Position numbers and translations under genes: made by a program
Notes under the pieces: generated by a model
Told to the model about the DNA's origin: nothing
Databases searched by the model: none
The model's input: the letters and a program-made list of their open reading frames with translations, nothing else
Source: Eledone cirrhosa
Taxonomy: Eukaryota
DNA length: 64,000 bases
Assembly: GCA_964016885.1 (NCBI GenBank)
Contig: OZ024743.1
Location: 53,754,001-53,818,000 of the forward strand
Reading direction: 5' to 3'
Shown here: positions 13,886-28,338 of the stretch, in pieces
Layout of the letters: each line of letters opens with the position of its first letter
Position numbering within the stretch: position 1 is the stretch's first letter

Positions 13886-14374
13886 CACCTTTTTTTCCTC
13901 TTCTTTTTCCTTATAATTTTCTTTTGTTGCACAAACCCATCATTAAAAAATAATTTATCTGAAGGGCCAAAGTGTAAAGCTGCTTATTGAGTACTCCGAC
14001 CCATACCTTTTTAATTATCTCAAGTTAGTATTTGCCTATGTGGACGTCTGGTTATGGTAGCTAAAGATGGGTGGGTGGAAAGATGAACAATTCTGCATAA
14101 TACGTCTCATTTTTAAACCCAGGGGACGAAGGTTCGAATATTTTGCTTTTCTTTTCTCTCTCCTTCTCTCTGTCCTAACCCTCTCTTTTTTTTAATTAAA
14201 AACCAAATCTTTCTAACTAATTTAATCAATTAAAGACAAAAAATACACAAATGAAAGCAGTGTTTTGGTTGTGGATTTGTGAGTCTGTATGTTTGGGACA
14301 ACCGGAGCTTACATTGCATGTCTTATGCGATGTATTGTAACCTGTCTAGATTTTCTAACATCAAACGATGATGC

Positions 14375-14420
14375 AATAAAATATATATTAAAAACTCAAG
14401 TTGTATTAGCTCTTGTTTCT
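14375..14420 (+). terminator. Candidate polyadenylation signal for the NET gene (alternative AATAAA at 12585)
   Basis: AATAAA at 14375 followed by a GT/T-rich downstream element, just before repeat-rich DNA resumes. Confidence 0.35.
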
Positions 14421-14691
14421 TTTTTATTATTATTTCTGTGGCCTAATGTGTAGAGTTTTGGACTCATGATCAGAAGACCGTGGGTTCAATTCTTTGACCG
14501 GGCGGCGCGGTTTTTTTTTTTCTCCAGCAAGACGCTTCATTTCATGTTGCTTTTCATGACAGGACTTGCTTAAAAGATCCCAAACCCTATGAAATGCAAC
14601 TTAATCAAGCGTTAAGCAAATTTTGACTTTTGAAATTAACTTAATTCAAGTTACATCAACCTTGTTCGATTATCTTTCATAGTAAAAAAAA

Positions 14692-14725
<34 letters not shown>

Positions 14726-15308
14726 AACTACTTTGAAGAAGCTTACATTAAGTTGACATGCCTTCAAAATTCAAAATTTGCTCAGCTTTTTGAGTACAAT
14801 TAATTCGTTTTTTACCTTCACAATCCTACAGAGGAGGCTTTAAAATGACGTGTATGTACCACGATTCACTTTGGTGTAATGGAAGCGCAGTGGTCTGGCG
14901 TACAGCAGATGTGAACTCAACTCCCACAGGAGATACTATCTCTAAGGGATTATTTACCCAACTTATTCGACTATTTTCCGTAGTAAAAAAGAACCTATTT
15001 GAAGCAATTAACATACTTTCGAAATTTGCTTGACACTTCTTAAATAAATACCTTAACAGTATCACAGCATGATTGAGTATAGGGGTGTATATGAAAGTAC
15101 ATACAATATCATTATGTATAATAAACTTACATAAGACTTGCTGTAAATAACCGCCAAATACTAGTATTTCAGGATCCTTTTCCATCTTCAGTGACGTTTC
15201 TCAGACAAAAAGAACAAACGAAACTGATAGCTAATATATATACATACATATTATATATATATATATATATATAATATATATATATACACATATATATATA
15301 TATATATA

Positions 15309-15873
15309 GTGCAGGGCAATAAAGATAGACGGTAGTCACGGAATAGGCAGACCTAGAAAAACCTGGGACGAGCTGATAAACTCCGACATCACACACTTAC
15401 ACCTCTCCAAGACAATGTCACTGGACCGAGACCTTTGGCGGTACTCAGTAACAGAGAAGACCCGCCTTACCTAAATATATAGTAAAACCTACTCCAGCCA
15501 GTAGGCATCTCTAACAAAATACACCCCGTCCCACCACCCCCACCCCCACCCGATCCACACCACCCCGTTCTATGTAAAGTTATGTTGGTGCCGCGCCTTC
15601 GAGGCCGAAACAAATGAGATCGTGCAGGTGTCACGACAAAAAAACACACAGTCCACGCTGTAATGTGGCCGTGTAGGCAACACGGTAAAAACCTCCCAGA
15701 CCCACACTGTAAATGTGGTTGGTGTTAGGAAGGGCATCCAACTGTAGAAAACCTGCCAGACAGTCCTATGCGAGCAAGACAATCACTCTTGCCTCAAGTG
15801 GGACTACCCCCGTCCAAACCCATGCAAGCGTGGAACACGGACGTTAAACGTTGATGATGATGATGATGATGAT
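15309..15873 (+). mobile_element. 5'-truncated RTE-clade LINE 3' end with (GAT)n tail
   Basis: Translates CRAIKIDGSHGIGRPRKTWDELINSD...MSLDRDLWR (RTE C-terminal GRP..W/DR..WR motifs); ends ggacgttaaacgtt(gat)n. Confidence 0.7.
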
Positions 15874-15882
15874 ATATATATA

Positions 15883-15972
15883 TGTTAACCTAATATATAC
15901 CTTCCATATACTGTACCGATTGTGTTGTTATTTCTGTTTACCTTTTACATACACACACACACACACACACAC

Positions 15973-16034
<62 letters not shown>

Positions 16035-16151
16035 GGTAAACAGAAATAACAACACAATCGGTACAGTATATGGAAGGTATATATTAGGTTAACACTTGAT
16101 ATAGCAGGAAGAGTGTCTTAACGTTTCGGACGCTAGTCCTTCATCAGAAGA
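15883..16151 (-). mobile_element. Penelope-like pLTR/retrozyme-like fragment, family A, with an inverted partial copy
   Basis: 67-bp perfect inverted repeat (15883-15949 / 16028-16094) around (CA)n(TA)n(TG)n; right arm continues into a hammerhead motif; homologous to 23331-23472. Confidence 0.75.
16116..16151 (-). ncRNA. Minimal type I hammerhead ribozyme motif
   Basis: - strand: tctt CUGAUGA a GGAC-uagc-GUCC GAAA CGUU aaga; stem I tctt/aaga, 4-bp stem II, palindromic ACGU stem III. Confidence 0.75.
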
Positions 16152-16193
16152 AAATGAGAAATAAAATAGATTAAGGGGACGGGATAATATTTA

Positions 16194-16388
16194 ATATAGA
16201 AATGGGTTCTATTGGAGTAGATCTGTTTCATTCGTATGAAAGCATCATAAAAATGCCATTCCTGATGATTTCGTACGAATGAAACAGTTCTAGTCCATTA
16301 GAAGCCATTCTATATATAGGTATGATGCTTATACTCTATTAATGTATTGAGTACTTTTTTAACTGTGGTTACCTTCGATTTAACTCGA
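16194..16388 (+). mobile_element. Fold-back element family B with hammerhead-like core (second copy at 62089-62283)
   Basis: Inverted arms 16194-16247 / 16263-16315; CTGATGA-tttcgtacgaat-GAAAC at 16262-16285; tail 'taatgtattgagtac...tggttacc.tcgatttaact' shared with the 62 kb copy. Confidence 0.7.
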
Positions 16389-16454
16389 TATATGTTATAT
16401 ATATTATATATATATATATTACATATATGTGTGTGTGTGTATTTATATATGTGT

Positions 16455-16548
<94 letters not shown>

Positions 16549-16829
16549 ATGTATACATATATAAGTATATGTACATGTATATATATATATAATTATATGT
16601 GTGTAAGTATGTAAACAGTGGTATTTGACATATATCATTGTGTTCAGCCGAAACAGAAGGCGAACTACACTTATCACTGGAAATATCCATTAATTTATAA
16701 ACAAGTTGTTTCACTTAGAAAACATTATTAAAAGTGATTTGACATTAACGACCATTTTCTATATTTTACTGTTACATCGCAGTTCAGACAGCTTTTTGTT
16801 TGACATCGCCTTTTATTCTGTCATATGTT

Positions 16830-17250
16830 GGACCTCCGTCGGTTGTGACGACGAGTGTTGCAGTTCAAACAACAGAACAGCTGGTCAGCAGACAAATAAT
16901 ATTGTCATAATCATGGTTTTCTTTCTCTTGGCTGAGCATTATACAGACACCTGCATTCTTAGTACTGTTCTCAAAGAGATTCAGTGTCCTCATTGTTTGA
17001 CCAACGGGGCTGGCTTCTCCTGAAATGAACATGCAAGTGGTTGGGCATTTCACAGACACGTGTAGCGTTAAAGTGCTTCCTATTGAGATTCAGCGTGTCA
17101 TATTGCGTCCTTCGAAATACAGCCACTACTCATTTTTACCAACCGGTTTGACTGGAGGAACATGAAAGTGTCCTACTCAAGGACACAATGCACCGCTGAG
17201 AATCGAACTTACGATCTTACAATCGTTAGCCACATACATTATAATTAAGC
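16830..17250 (-). mobile_element. tRNA-derived SINE family 2, interrupted
   Basis: Homology to 47415-47720 and 1690-1900. Confidence 0.6.
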
Positions 17251-18269
17251 AGGAGCCTAGCCTTCACACTTCTGTCGTAATGCACACCCTTCGGCATATT
17301 TTAGCTACGGTTAACACACAAAAAGATTATTATAATAATCGGGTTGTTTTTTTGTTTTGTTTCTCTTAGCTTCGGCAATCAATACTGTCTCATTGAAGAA
17401 GATTCTGCGATCTGGTTCATTGACTTGATAATTATGGAATGGACCTCTGACTATTTCGATTATAGTTATTCGATCAATGAATAACCTACTCATGAAATTA
17501 GCGTGTATGTAGCTGAGCATTCTATAGAATTTAACAGCCACGTACACCCTTCATCTAATTGTCAGGGAGATTAAGTGTGACACAGTTTGTGAAAAGGCTG
17601 GCCCTTTGAATTACAGGTATAGACCGTCGACGGTTTTCCAAAAAGTTTCCGTCTAGCCAATTTCATTCACAAGGCACGGGTTGATTTAAGGTCAGGGTAA
17701 ATGACACTTGCCCAGTGGGATCGAATTCGGAGCATGATAATTGCAAAACGAACAACTTAACCATTTGGCCATGCCGCATCGATAAAATCATCATGACTCA
17801 TTACAGGAAGGACTAAATATGATTGTGAGAGTACGTATGTATATTTTGCCAGTAACGATTAAGTAATTAATTATATGATATTTATAGTTCATGAAACTAG
17901 TAGAAGTAGACATATTTGAAGCTCTCTTTGTTTTTTCAAAATTAAGTGTTTGGATAGATATACTAATTTTATTTTATAATAAACATAGTTAAAATATCGC
18001 TTTTGTATTTGTTTTGCAAGAGTTCTTATCTGAAAACGTGTATTGAAATAGATATTGTAATACATGAGGAGGGTTATGCCGTCAGAAGATAAAAGTGGAG
18101 ATAAAAGAATGTGTGACGAAAGAACTTTGACAATCAACAACTAAACAACCATTCGGTTATTAAACTAATCAACTGGGAGTTTATAATACATTGAAGAAAA
18201 ATCTAACAGGTGCGTGTGTTTATATTGGCAGCATGACCCACCCATAGTTAACATTATTTTATAGAAAAG

Positions 18270-19170
18270 GGCGGTGGTTTGGCAGTATCGGTAGAGGGTC
18301 GGACGCCATGCTTTCCAGCATAGTTATGTCCCTTTACGATCTGAGTTCAAATCCAGCCGAGGTTGACTTTGCCTTTCATCTTTACGGGGTCGATAAAATA
18401 AAGTACCAGTAATGCACTGGGTAATTGCTGGCTTTGTGCCTAAAGTAGAAACAATTATTTTATAGAATATTTTTATAAGATTTTTCTATGAAATGTTTCG
18501 ATAAAAATTCGTTTCTTTAAGAAGTCGGTTCAGGAAGAAAAAAAAGCAAGAAAGAAAAACTGGAAAAGTTGTTCAATAAATGATCTCTTTGGTAGAAAAC
18601 AACTTTGATAAAACGTTCAACAAAACGTCGTTCGATTAAAATTCTTACCACAATCTCTGGCAGCGAACCCCCGCGCTCTGTAGATTCCCATAATTTGATT
18701 AATGATTTCTAATTTAGGCACAAGGCCAACAGTTTGATGGTGAAGAGGATAGGTTGAACGCATTGACTCCAGTGCTTGACAGGTACTTTATTTTAATCAA
18801 ACCCGGAAAGATGAAAGCAAGTTGACCTCGGATGCATTTGAATTCAGAAAGCAAAGAGCTGAAACTACATACCATAAGAAAGCATTTAGTTCGATGTTCA
18901 AACGATTCTGCCAAACTACCACCACCCATATTTGTCAAATAAGGGTTTCTAATTAAAGGCTCAAAGGTCAGCAATTTGGTGGAGTCAGGGATAAGTCGAT
19001 TACTTCAACCTCGGTACTTGACTGGAACTTTATTTTAATCAAACCCGGAATTATGAAAGGTAACGTTAACCTCAGCTGGATTTGAACTAAGAAATAAAGA
19101 ACTGTAGCTAAATACCAAATGACATTTTCCCCAGTGCTTTAACGATTCTGCCAAGCTACCACCCCTCGCT
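18270..19170. mobile_element. Cluster of three family-1 SINEs (18270-18457 +; ~18714-18925 and ~18955-19170 -)
   Basis: Same conserved SINE body in both orientations. Confidence 0.75.
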
Positions 19171-20228
19171 ATTTGACAAATATTGCCGTAGGAATCATGC
19201 TTTAAATAATCAGATATTTTAAAAAGAATTCTTGCCAATGTTTGTTATATGTCTAGTTCTCTTCTCAACTGATGGCTCTATGATTGATGAGACACACTAA
19301 ATTTGGAACAGGCTGGGGAGGGGAGGTAATGAACGACGATAGCATCAGTTTGTTGGAAATGTGAATGATTATAATCTCGATGAAATATAACAATTCCTGT
19401 CATGCTTTTGTTTTTCGTGCTATTTCTATTTCCATTTAATGTGTAATAAAAGGACGATGAACTGACAAAACGAGTAGAGAGCTTACAAGTATTAAATTAT
19501 AATTCGTTGATATTAAATTACGTCTATTTACGTTCTAAGTTAAACATTGACTTTCGTTCTTCTGACGCTGTTGTTTAGTCGCAGGTCATGTCAGACCTGA
19601 TCCAGTAAACTTGTACTGAAAGGCGTTCCTGTCATGACCATTCCGCCTTTATTGACATGATATATGAAGAACTACATTATTTAATGTATCCCTACCTTTT
19701 TGTGTGTGATTTAATGGATATTTGACTGCTATTTCTAGCATGTGGAATGACCATATGTGTGTGGTCGATAAATCAAGTACCATTGAAGTACTGGAATCGA
19801 TTTGATAAATTAACCCCCACCCCGCCCTCCACACACAGAAATGGCCCTGTAACAATATAATTACTATAGGAAGGAACGGACAAACTACTCATGGAATTAA
19901 CGTATAAGTGGCTGAGTATTCCACAGACACATATTCTACAAACCTAATTCTCAGGGAGATTCAGCACAACACATTGTACAAGATTGGCCCTTTGAACTAC
20001 AGGTACAGCCTCCCTATGCACTTCCCAACCGTTCCCGTCTCCCCAATTTCATTCACAATGCGAAGGTCGACCCGAGGCTATTAGAAATGGCACTTGTCCA
20101 AGATACCACACATTGGTATCAAACCTGGGAAATAATAATTACGAAGCTATTTCTTAAACATTCGGTTATGGTACGTACGTCCACAACTGCTGTAGTTCAA
20201 GTGTTGAACTAAATGCAACCCTCTACGG

Positions 20229-20566
20229 CAAAGTTCTCAAACACGCGTCCTACAAACTACTTTTCTATAGTTCGCGGCAGAACATTTAAAACGGAAAATT
20301 TGTTCACCTTCATTTAGTACTAATTCACCAATTCCACTTACTATCATATGCTTATTAATTTTGATATAAAAAAAATAGCTGCTTATCAGCTATTTTTTAT
20401 TCATCAAAATTAATACGCATGTGATAGGTTTGTATTAGAATTGGTGGAAATCAGGCTGCCCCCAAGAACCACCACCTCCTCTGACCTTTGCCCCCCCCCC
20501 TCGCTCCCCCGTGCTCATCCTCCAGGATATAATGACAATTTTGAGTCCTTGAATTTGAGAGCCCTA
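20229..20566. mobile_element. hAT (Charlie-like) MITE with internal ~120-bp hairpin
   Basis: Imperfect TIRs caaagttctcaaa / tttgagagcccta; 8-bp flanks ctctacgg / ctctaagg (7/8); palindrome at ~20327-20448. Confidence 0.6.
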
Positions 20567-21261
20567 CTCTAAGGTCAGATACAAATCGTACCGGGATCAT
20601 TACTTTTTCTTAGGCGATGGAAATTTTCCACATTCTTCCCATAAGTCTTGGAGGCCCTAGAAATTGTCATAGGCCTTGCTCTTTTTCCGTTCACTAAGTG
20701 AGAGAGATGGGGATCGTAGCGTGGAGGGGATAACAAGAGTATTATAGGCATATAGAGGATTTGATGGTAGTGGTGGTGGTGCTGGTAGTGTTGAATGGAG
20801 ATTTAAAATAAGACAAACAGATATATTCGGAGGCTGGTATGTGGTATAGAATGTTTGATCAGACACAGCTTTGACCAAAATTATTCTTGTGTCTATTCCA
20901 GTTTTGAACTGTGTAGAACTATGTTTCTAATATTTCCTTTCTTTATTTAATACCAATCATAGGTTGTGCATTGAGTGACATTTAGCTGCTATTTCGATCA
21001 AAACATGCGACTTCATACTAGTTCCGTTGTCGGTTCATCTTAAGAATCGACTGTGCGTTTTCTTTTCTCACTTAGGAGGAATATAGCAAACAGTGCCATA
21101 TGACAGAGATCTGGCACGGTTTTGACATCTTAACAACAACAATAACAATTACAACTACAACATTACCACAACCCAAAACAACAAACAGCGCCAACAGTAT
21201 ATCAACAACATTAACAATATTATATATATATATATATATATATTTAAAAGAATAGAGGTGT

Positions 21262-21335
<74 letters not shown>

Positions 21336-22242
21336 ATGTATGTACAGTAGCTTGCGTCTCTCAAGCTAAAACTGACCTTTAAATATTGTTGACATAACGG
21401 AGAGACATGCATCTCTTTAGTGTCGTTGTCCTTGGCAGGCGCTATCATTAAAGCCAACTAGGCAGTCACCCAAAGCGCCTAATTCAGAGGGATACATTGC
21501 TAAACCTTAAAGGGTCACATTTGACCAATAAAGAAATCGCTAACGATATTTGCGTTGTGCGAATATCCAAAGCGGTGGAGTCTGGTGTATCGTGTTAAGA
21601 TCTATAACATGATTTGGTGTGAGGTTAACTTTGCCTTTCATCCTTACGGGGTCGATAAAATAAAGTACCAGTAATGTACTGGATAATTGCTGGCCTTGTG
21701 CCAAAAGAAGAAACAATTATTTGGTGTGAGTGTGTGTGGACTGCGTAGTAAAAAATGCAAGTTTAGTCATATTCTTAGTATTGTCAGAGCATGAAGTATG
21801 AACAATAAGTTTGTCAGCTTGCCAATGTACGATGAAATAAATTATTTGGGCGAATAACTGAGAGAAGAGGATACACATTGTGTAGCTAGCCTAGGGTACT
21901 AAATACCCAGGCGCCAGCCCTACCGATTTCTCAGTCAAATTCCCTTTTCTCTCAATCTCTTTAAACTATATTCCCTCTCATTCTATTCATTCATTTTCTC
22001 TCCTATCTTCTTTCATCATGTCTTTTCACATTTCATTCCGTTTCTTTTTCTTTCTCTCCCTCGTCCTATTCTTTCCAGCTCCTTTATTCTTTTTATTTTT
22101 ACTTGTTTCTGTCTTTTGACTGCAGCCATGCTGGAGCACCGCCATATCGAGCCCAGTACTTATTTTCTCAAGTCTGGTGCCTATTTCACAGATCTCGTTT
22201 TGTCGAATTGCTAAACAACGAGTAAGCATAATCAGGACATGG

Positions 22243-22344
<102 letters not shown>

Positions 22345-22444
22345 CTCTATTTTTCTAAGATCAATGAAACCACATTGTAATTTATGTACGCTCTTCCTGT
22401 ATATGATAATATATACATAATATATATATGTGTATGTATGTATG

Positions 22445-22556
<112 letters not shown>

Positions 22557-23330
22557 CACAAAGAAGGAGAGATGAGACACATATAACTATTTCAAAGCAT
22601 AATTGGACCTAATTAGACATCAGTTGTTCTGAAGAGAATTACCATTTGCCCTTTTGATAATAATATAGTGATGAAAGAAAATCTTTGATGCAAGTTTAGC
22701 AAAGGGCTTTAGAATATGAAGGCTTCATGGAAATATTACTGTAGAAGCTGAATTCTAAAAGAATAAATAGAAGGATGGTGGAGAAAGACTCACTCTTTCA
22801 ATTGGAATGATTGTAGTTGAGAAATGAGGAATTGATAGGGTATATACAGCTTGATAGTCATTTCCATTAGGTCGACATATGCCGTGTGACTCAACTTGGG
22901 TAGAGGAGAACTGGTGTGTGAGTAGCCTCATAACTAGGTCTGGGTAGATGCCGAAAGAAGATCTCCCGTCACCCAATCTCCATGGGGGGGGGGGAAGAAG
23001 AAGAAGAAGAAGAAGCGCGGCCTAATGATTGCAACCAGGAAAAGGATTTTTATATGGTAGGAGCTACTGTTATTATATGCTTGGATATTTAAACTTGGCA
23101 GAGCCGATCTCTCTACTCTCCAAGTCTGAGTACAGTTGATTTCTTACAGAGAAAGAGAGATAATGAAAGAATTGACTCCAGTATTGGACTGGAAAGGATT
23201 GGGCTTCGCTAAATGCTATGGAAACGCCGTATTGACATACGGCGCCCCTATGACTCCCCCGGGAGTTACGGGATCATGCATGCATTGGACTGATACTTTA
23301 TTTATTAACCCTGAAGATATATGAAGTTGA

Positions 23331-23472
23331 CACTAGTCATTCCTCTTCTGATGAATGACTAGTGTTCGAAACGTTAAGACTCTCTTCCTGCTATTTCAAG
23401 CGTTAAACTGATATATTTCTTCAATATACTGTGTCGTTTGCTTTCTTTTTTTTTCTGTTTACATTTTACATA
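23331..23472 (+). mobile_element. Family-A hammerhead-bearing element, second (diverged) copy
   Basis: tctt CTGATGA atgactagtgttc GAAA CGTT aaga at 23344-23379, preceded by inverted 'cactagtcattc'; 3' part homologous to the reverse complement of 16028-16115; ends at (TA)n. Confidence 0.7.
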
Positions 23473-23492
23473 CCCATATATATATATGTATA

Positions 23493-23570
23493 TAGGGTGT
23501 CCCCAAAAATGTATGCACACTTCCACAGCATTCTAATCAAAGTGTGTATACATTTTGGGGCGACACCCTG
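23493..23570. mobile_element. 78-bp Tc1/mariner-type MITE
   Basis: ~30-bp TIRs (t/c)agggtgtccccaaaaatgtatgcacactt / aagtgtgtatacattttggggcgacaccctg, flanked by TA. Confidence 0.8.
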
Positions 23571-23911
23571 TATATAGAGAAAGAAATATGAAGTTGATAT
23601 GAAATTTAGCTATGTTTACTAAGCGGCCCTCTGCTGTGGTTGGAGGGTGGCGAACAGCCGCCCTGTGCTGTGCAGGAGGTGGGACAACCGCTATTCCCCG
23701 CTGGGTTTGGAGGTGGGATTTATGTAAAGTGATGGCGAATGTCAGGAAACACTTCAGTATCAAGTTGCATCTGTCAGCGCGGATAGGGTTGTATTGAAGT
23801 GTTTTAAGTAATGTGAGACTGCTTTAGTCACACGTCAGAAGGTCAAATTTATACATACATACATACATACATAAATATATACATACATACATACAGACAC
23901 ACACGCACACA

Positions 23912-23995
<84 letters not shown>

Positions 23996-24177
23996 TATAT
24001 ATTTATATAAAGAGAGAGAGAGAGAGTGATACTCATATAATATGCATTATATATATAATGGTCTGAGTTCAAATCCCGCCGAGGTTAACTTTGACTTTCA
24101 TCCTTACGAGGTCGTCGATAAAATAAAGTACCAGTAATGCAGTGGGATAATTGCTGGCCTTGTGTCAAAAATAGAAA

Positions 24178-24231
<54 letters not shown>

Positions 24232-24233
<2 letters not shown>

Positions 24234-24457
24234 AAACAGAAACAGACCCCATCAAGTTCAAGAAGTCTTTGGACAAATTCCTTCAAGAAATCCCGGATAA
24301 GGCTCCTACACCCGGATATGCCTCCGTAAACAATAACTCTTGGCTCAAGTGGGCCATGGTGCCCAAACCCTGATTTGTAAGACTTCTCCAGGTGGTGCTA
24401 TTAAGTTAGACATGGCCTCGGCCAATACTGGCTAAAACCTAACAAAGTTATCCAAGT
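24232..24457 (+). mobile_element. Short 3' end of a CR1-group-like LINE embedded in (TA)n
   Basis: Translates KFKKSLDKFLQEIPDKAPTPGY...NNS (FK..LD.FL..PD.P..PGY C-terminal motif); (TA)n on both sides. Confidence 0.55.
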
Positions 24458-24604
24458 TATATATATATATATATATACACACATATATATATATATATAT
24501 TCGTGTGTGTGTGTCTGCATGTGTGTCTCAGGATATATATATATTTACTTGATACACACACATACACACACACACACATATATATATACACATATATATA
24601 TATA

Positions 24605-25810
24605 TATATACTAGTAACAGGACCCAGCGTTGCACGGGGTAGGAAACATGAAATAGCAACACCCATATGCAAAGATTGAGGAATGTAGCTGTGTACTTTT
24701 TGAATTTCCTTATTCTCTGGGAATCATTGTTCATCTTCTGGAAACGTAGAACACCAGCAGGCCCGAATCATGAAACATCTGCATGCACGTGGAAAATCTG
24801 AAGAAAATCATCTGGATACTCTTTAAGCGTACTAAATCTTAGAGTATGATTTTTCTTCCATTTGTAGAAAATCGGTTAGGTTCTTTTCGCACCCAGTCAT
24901 CCGGACAGACATCATCAGTTATGTCTATTGCACCTGCAAGCATACTGTACAGAGTAAAGTCTGCAATGCTTGAGTAAGACATGTCATGCAACCGCACAGC
25001 ATGTTGGGTCTTCCCCACAGGAGACCACAGCCTCTTCGTAAATCTACCCAATCTGATATAGACCGAACTGTTATATCAGATGCCGAACCCTCGGAGTTAC
25101 TATTGGGGTCACCATCAACAATTTCAAGTGGGGATCACCGCGGAATTAGCACAACCGCTGTTCGGCGTACTTGCGCAGGGCGTTCATACTGCGATGTAGG
25201 TGCAACAAAAGGGTGTCTTAGTAGAAGTAGCACAGACGTGAGTTTTACGGTGTCAATAACACGGCAACGTACACAGGGCCCAGATTTGCGCGTGATGAAA
25301 TCACGAAGCGTCAACAGGGCGCCGACAAAAATTTGAAGGTCCTCCTCATTTCCTTAATCCCCCGAAAATGTGTTGTGTCGTCTGTTAAATAAACCAAATT
25401 TTTAACGAAATATTATACGCTACTTACAATGTTTAAGTAGCGTTTATTTTGAAAATGAAAATGACATGCCATGCCCAATGCTAATTCGTAAATTTCCTAG
25501 AAACCATTAATAGAATCGGAATTTCTTTTTGTCCACAGCAATGCGAGGGGACTAACTAATGTGTGCTGCAAATTTCGAGGAAATCGGCTGGATTATCTTT
25601 AAGTTACGCCTTAAAAAAGCCTAAAAATGCTTTAAAAATATGGTTTTTCACCTAATGCAGGCCCTAGGGCAGAAAAAGTTGAAATGTGTTTAGCCCATTG
25701 CACTTTTAGAAATATAAGTAACGCATTTGTAAGGTTTGAAAAATATCGGTCGGGTACTTCTCGAGCTTTAGGGATTTACACAGACAGACATTCTCTGTTT
25801 TATATATAGA
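24605..25810 (+). mobile_element. Non-autonomous Helentron/HINE-type rolling-circle element
   Basis: Begins tatactag..acccagcgttgcacggggt (hairpin); internal 'aaatttcgaggaaatcgg' and 'tttgaaaaatatcggtc' motifs; ends acagacagacattctctgttttatatatag. Confidence 0.6.
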
Positions 25811-27843
25811 GAGATGTGTGTGTGTTTGTATATAAGTGTATGCCTAGAGCGGATAGACTCCTGCCGATGTTAACTTTGCCTTTCATCATTTCAGGGATTA
25901 ATAGAATAAAGTGCTAGTCGAGGACTGGAGTGGATCTAGTCCCCATATTGCCGGCCTTGCATCTAAATTAGAAACAAATAACAACAATTTTAAATCAGAA
26001 AATGAAATTTACAGCTCACATCTATTTAGGTTTTTGCTGCTTTCCTGCGAAGTTGCTTATCAAAGGCGATTTTCTGTGTTTTAATGATAGAGACCCCAGC
26101 CCTATCATGAATACCAATGTGAAATCATGAGTCTTGTTGAAGAATACAATACATCACCTGGTTTAAGAACAGAACGCATGACCTTGTGATTATGAGCCTA
26201 ACACCCTAACCATTAGGATAAGAAACACCACTATTATAAAGCAGGTACAAACAAGTGTAATAACAACAAAAACAAAAGCAAAAAGAGAAACAAAAACATT
26301 GATAGGAATCGAGGCGATCCGATAGATTCCAACTATGGCGATATTTCAACCACACATTCCTCGTATTTTTATTTATAACCGAATTCACATCTAAAACTGC
26401 CTGAAGGTATTCTGCTCACATTGTAACTTATATAGAAATACTTTTACTGTTTACACAATGAAGGAAGGACATTGCCCGTGTAACATTTTCAGGGCCTCCA
26501 AGGCTGATTTGAATGAGGGAGAGTGGTATCCTCAAACCAGAGACCTGGTCCAAATGCTTGCAACAGGTTACCCTTAAAATATTTCTCAGGGAGATTCAGT
26601 GTGACAAAAATATGTGAATAGGCTAGCACTTTGAATTTTTACACTTTGAAATTTTACAATTGAATTGACTGGAGTAAGGTGAAATACTGGCGAGTAGATG
26701 GGTCTCGCCACGTTTTAAATATTACCCTAGAAACGCTGTATATTAATACGGCGCTCTTCGACTTCCCCAGGAGTTATGGGACCCCAACTAAAACGTGAAA
26801 TAATATATCATGCTCAAGGACACAACACACCTGCGGGAATCAAACTAACAGTCTTAGAATCCTGTGCTGGTCACCGTAACCACTGAACCACAGAATTACA
26901 GGGACAATGCATTATCTTGTTTAGCTGAGTTGTCTGGTTCAACGGGAAATAAAGTGTCGTGTTCTAGGGGATAGACAAAGATAGAGAGACGTATAGAGAG
27001 AGAGTTATTGGTGTGGAGAGAGAGGGCGAGGGGTTAACAGGGTGAGAGTTGGTGACAGATAAATAGAGAAATAGATAGATAAATAGAGAGAGAGAGAGCG
27101 AGAGATAGAGAGAGAGACACACACATACACATATGCATATACATATATAGTCTGTTGCATGTATACATACAACATACATAAATATATACATATATACATA
27201 CATACATATATACATACATATAGAACAATGTAAAGTAAAGTGTCTTGCTCAAGGACACAATGCGACGCAGTGAACCTAATTCATCTTGCGATCTTTGTTC
27301 TTGAACCGAACATCCTAACCACAAAGCCAGTCATTCACTTACACCTACATACACACACATACGCACACATACATACACATACATACACACACATACACGC
27401 AGACAGACAGGGGCCGGCGACTCCATTCCCGCCATACCACCATGTGACCTTCTGTTGGTCAATTGGTGTCAAATTCCATGACTGACATCAATTGACCAAA
27501 CTATGTAGTAGTTAAAAATGTCACATTTTTCAAAATTGCCCACTTGAAGCTCTTTACAACATAATAACGGCATCTTATTTCCTTCTATAATCTCTCTCTC
27601 TCCCTCTCTCTCTCTATCTATCTATCTCTCTCTCTCTCTCTCTCACTCCCTCTCTCTCTCACTCACTCTCTCCCTCCCTCTATCTCCCTCTCTGCAACCC
27701 CCTTTCTTCCTTTGTGAATGTCTCTTTATTCTTCATCTCTCACACATACATGCACATTCAAATATGTGTGTGTATGTGTATGTGTGTGTGTATATATATA
27801 TGTATGTATGTATGTATATATGTATATATATATATATATATAC

Positions 27844-27923
<80 letters not shown>

Positions 27924-27944
27924 ACATACGTGACTCTGTGTATG

Positions 27945-27978
<34 letters not shown>

Positions 27979-27998
27979 TACACATACGTGACTCTGTG

Positions 27999-28066
<68 letters not shown>

Positions 28067-28263
28067 CATACATATATATATATATACATACATACATATA
28101 TATATATACACACACATACGTGTCTCTGTTTGTGTATATATATATATATATATATATACACACAAACAGAGACACGTATTCGTCTATTTTTATGCACAGA
28201 ATAACAGAATACATATGTGTATATGTGCATGTATCTCTTTCTCTCTCCCTCTGTGTGTGTATA

Positions 28264-28312
<49 letters not shown>

Positions 28313-28338
28313 GTGAACATGTATCTATCTATCAATCT

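Noticed and set aside
27988-28338. N-terminal part of the 473-aa ORF
   Set aside because: Microsatellite read-through; LINE homology begins only at 28339
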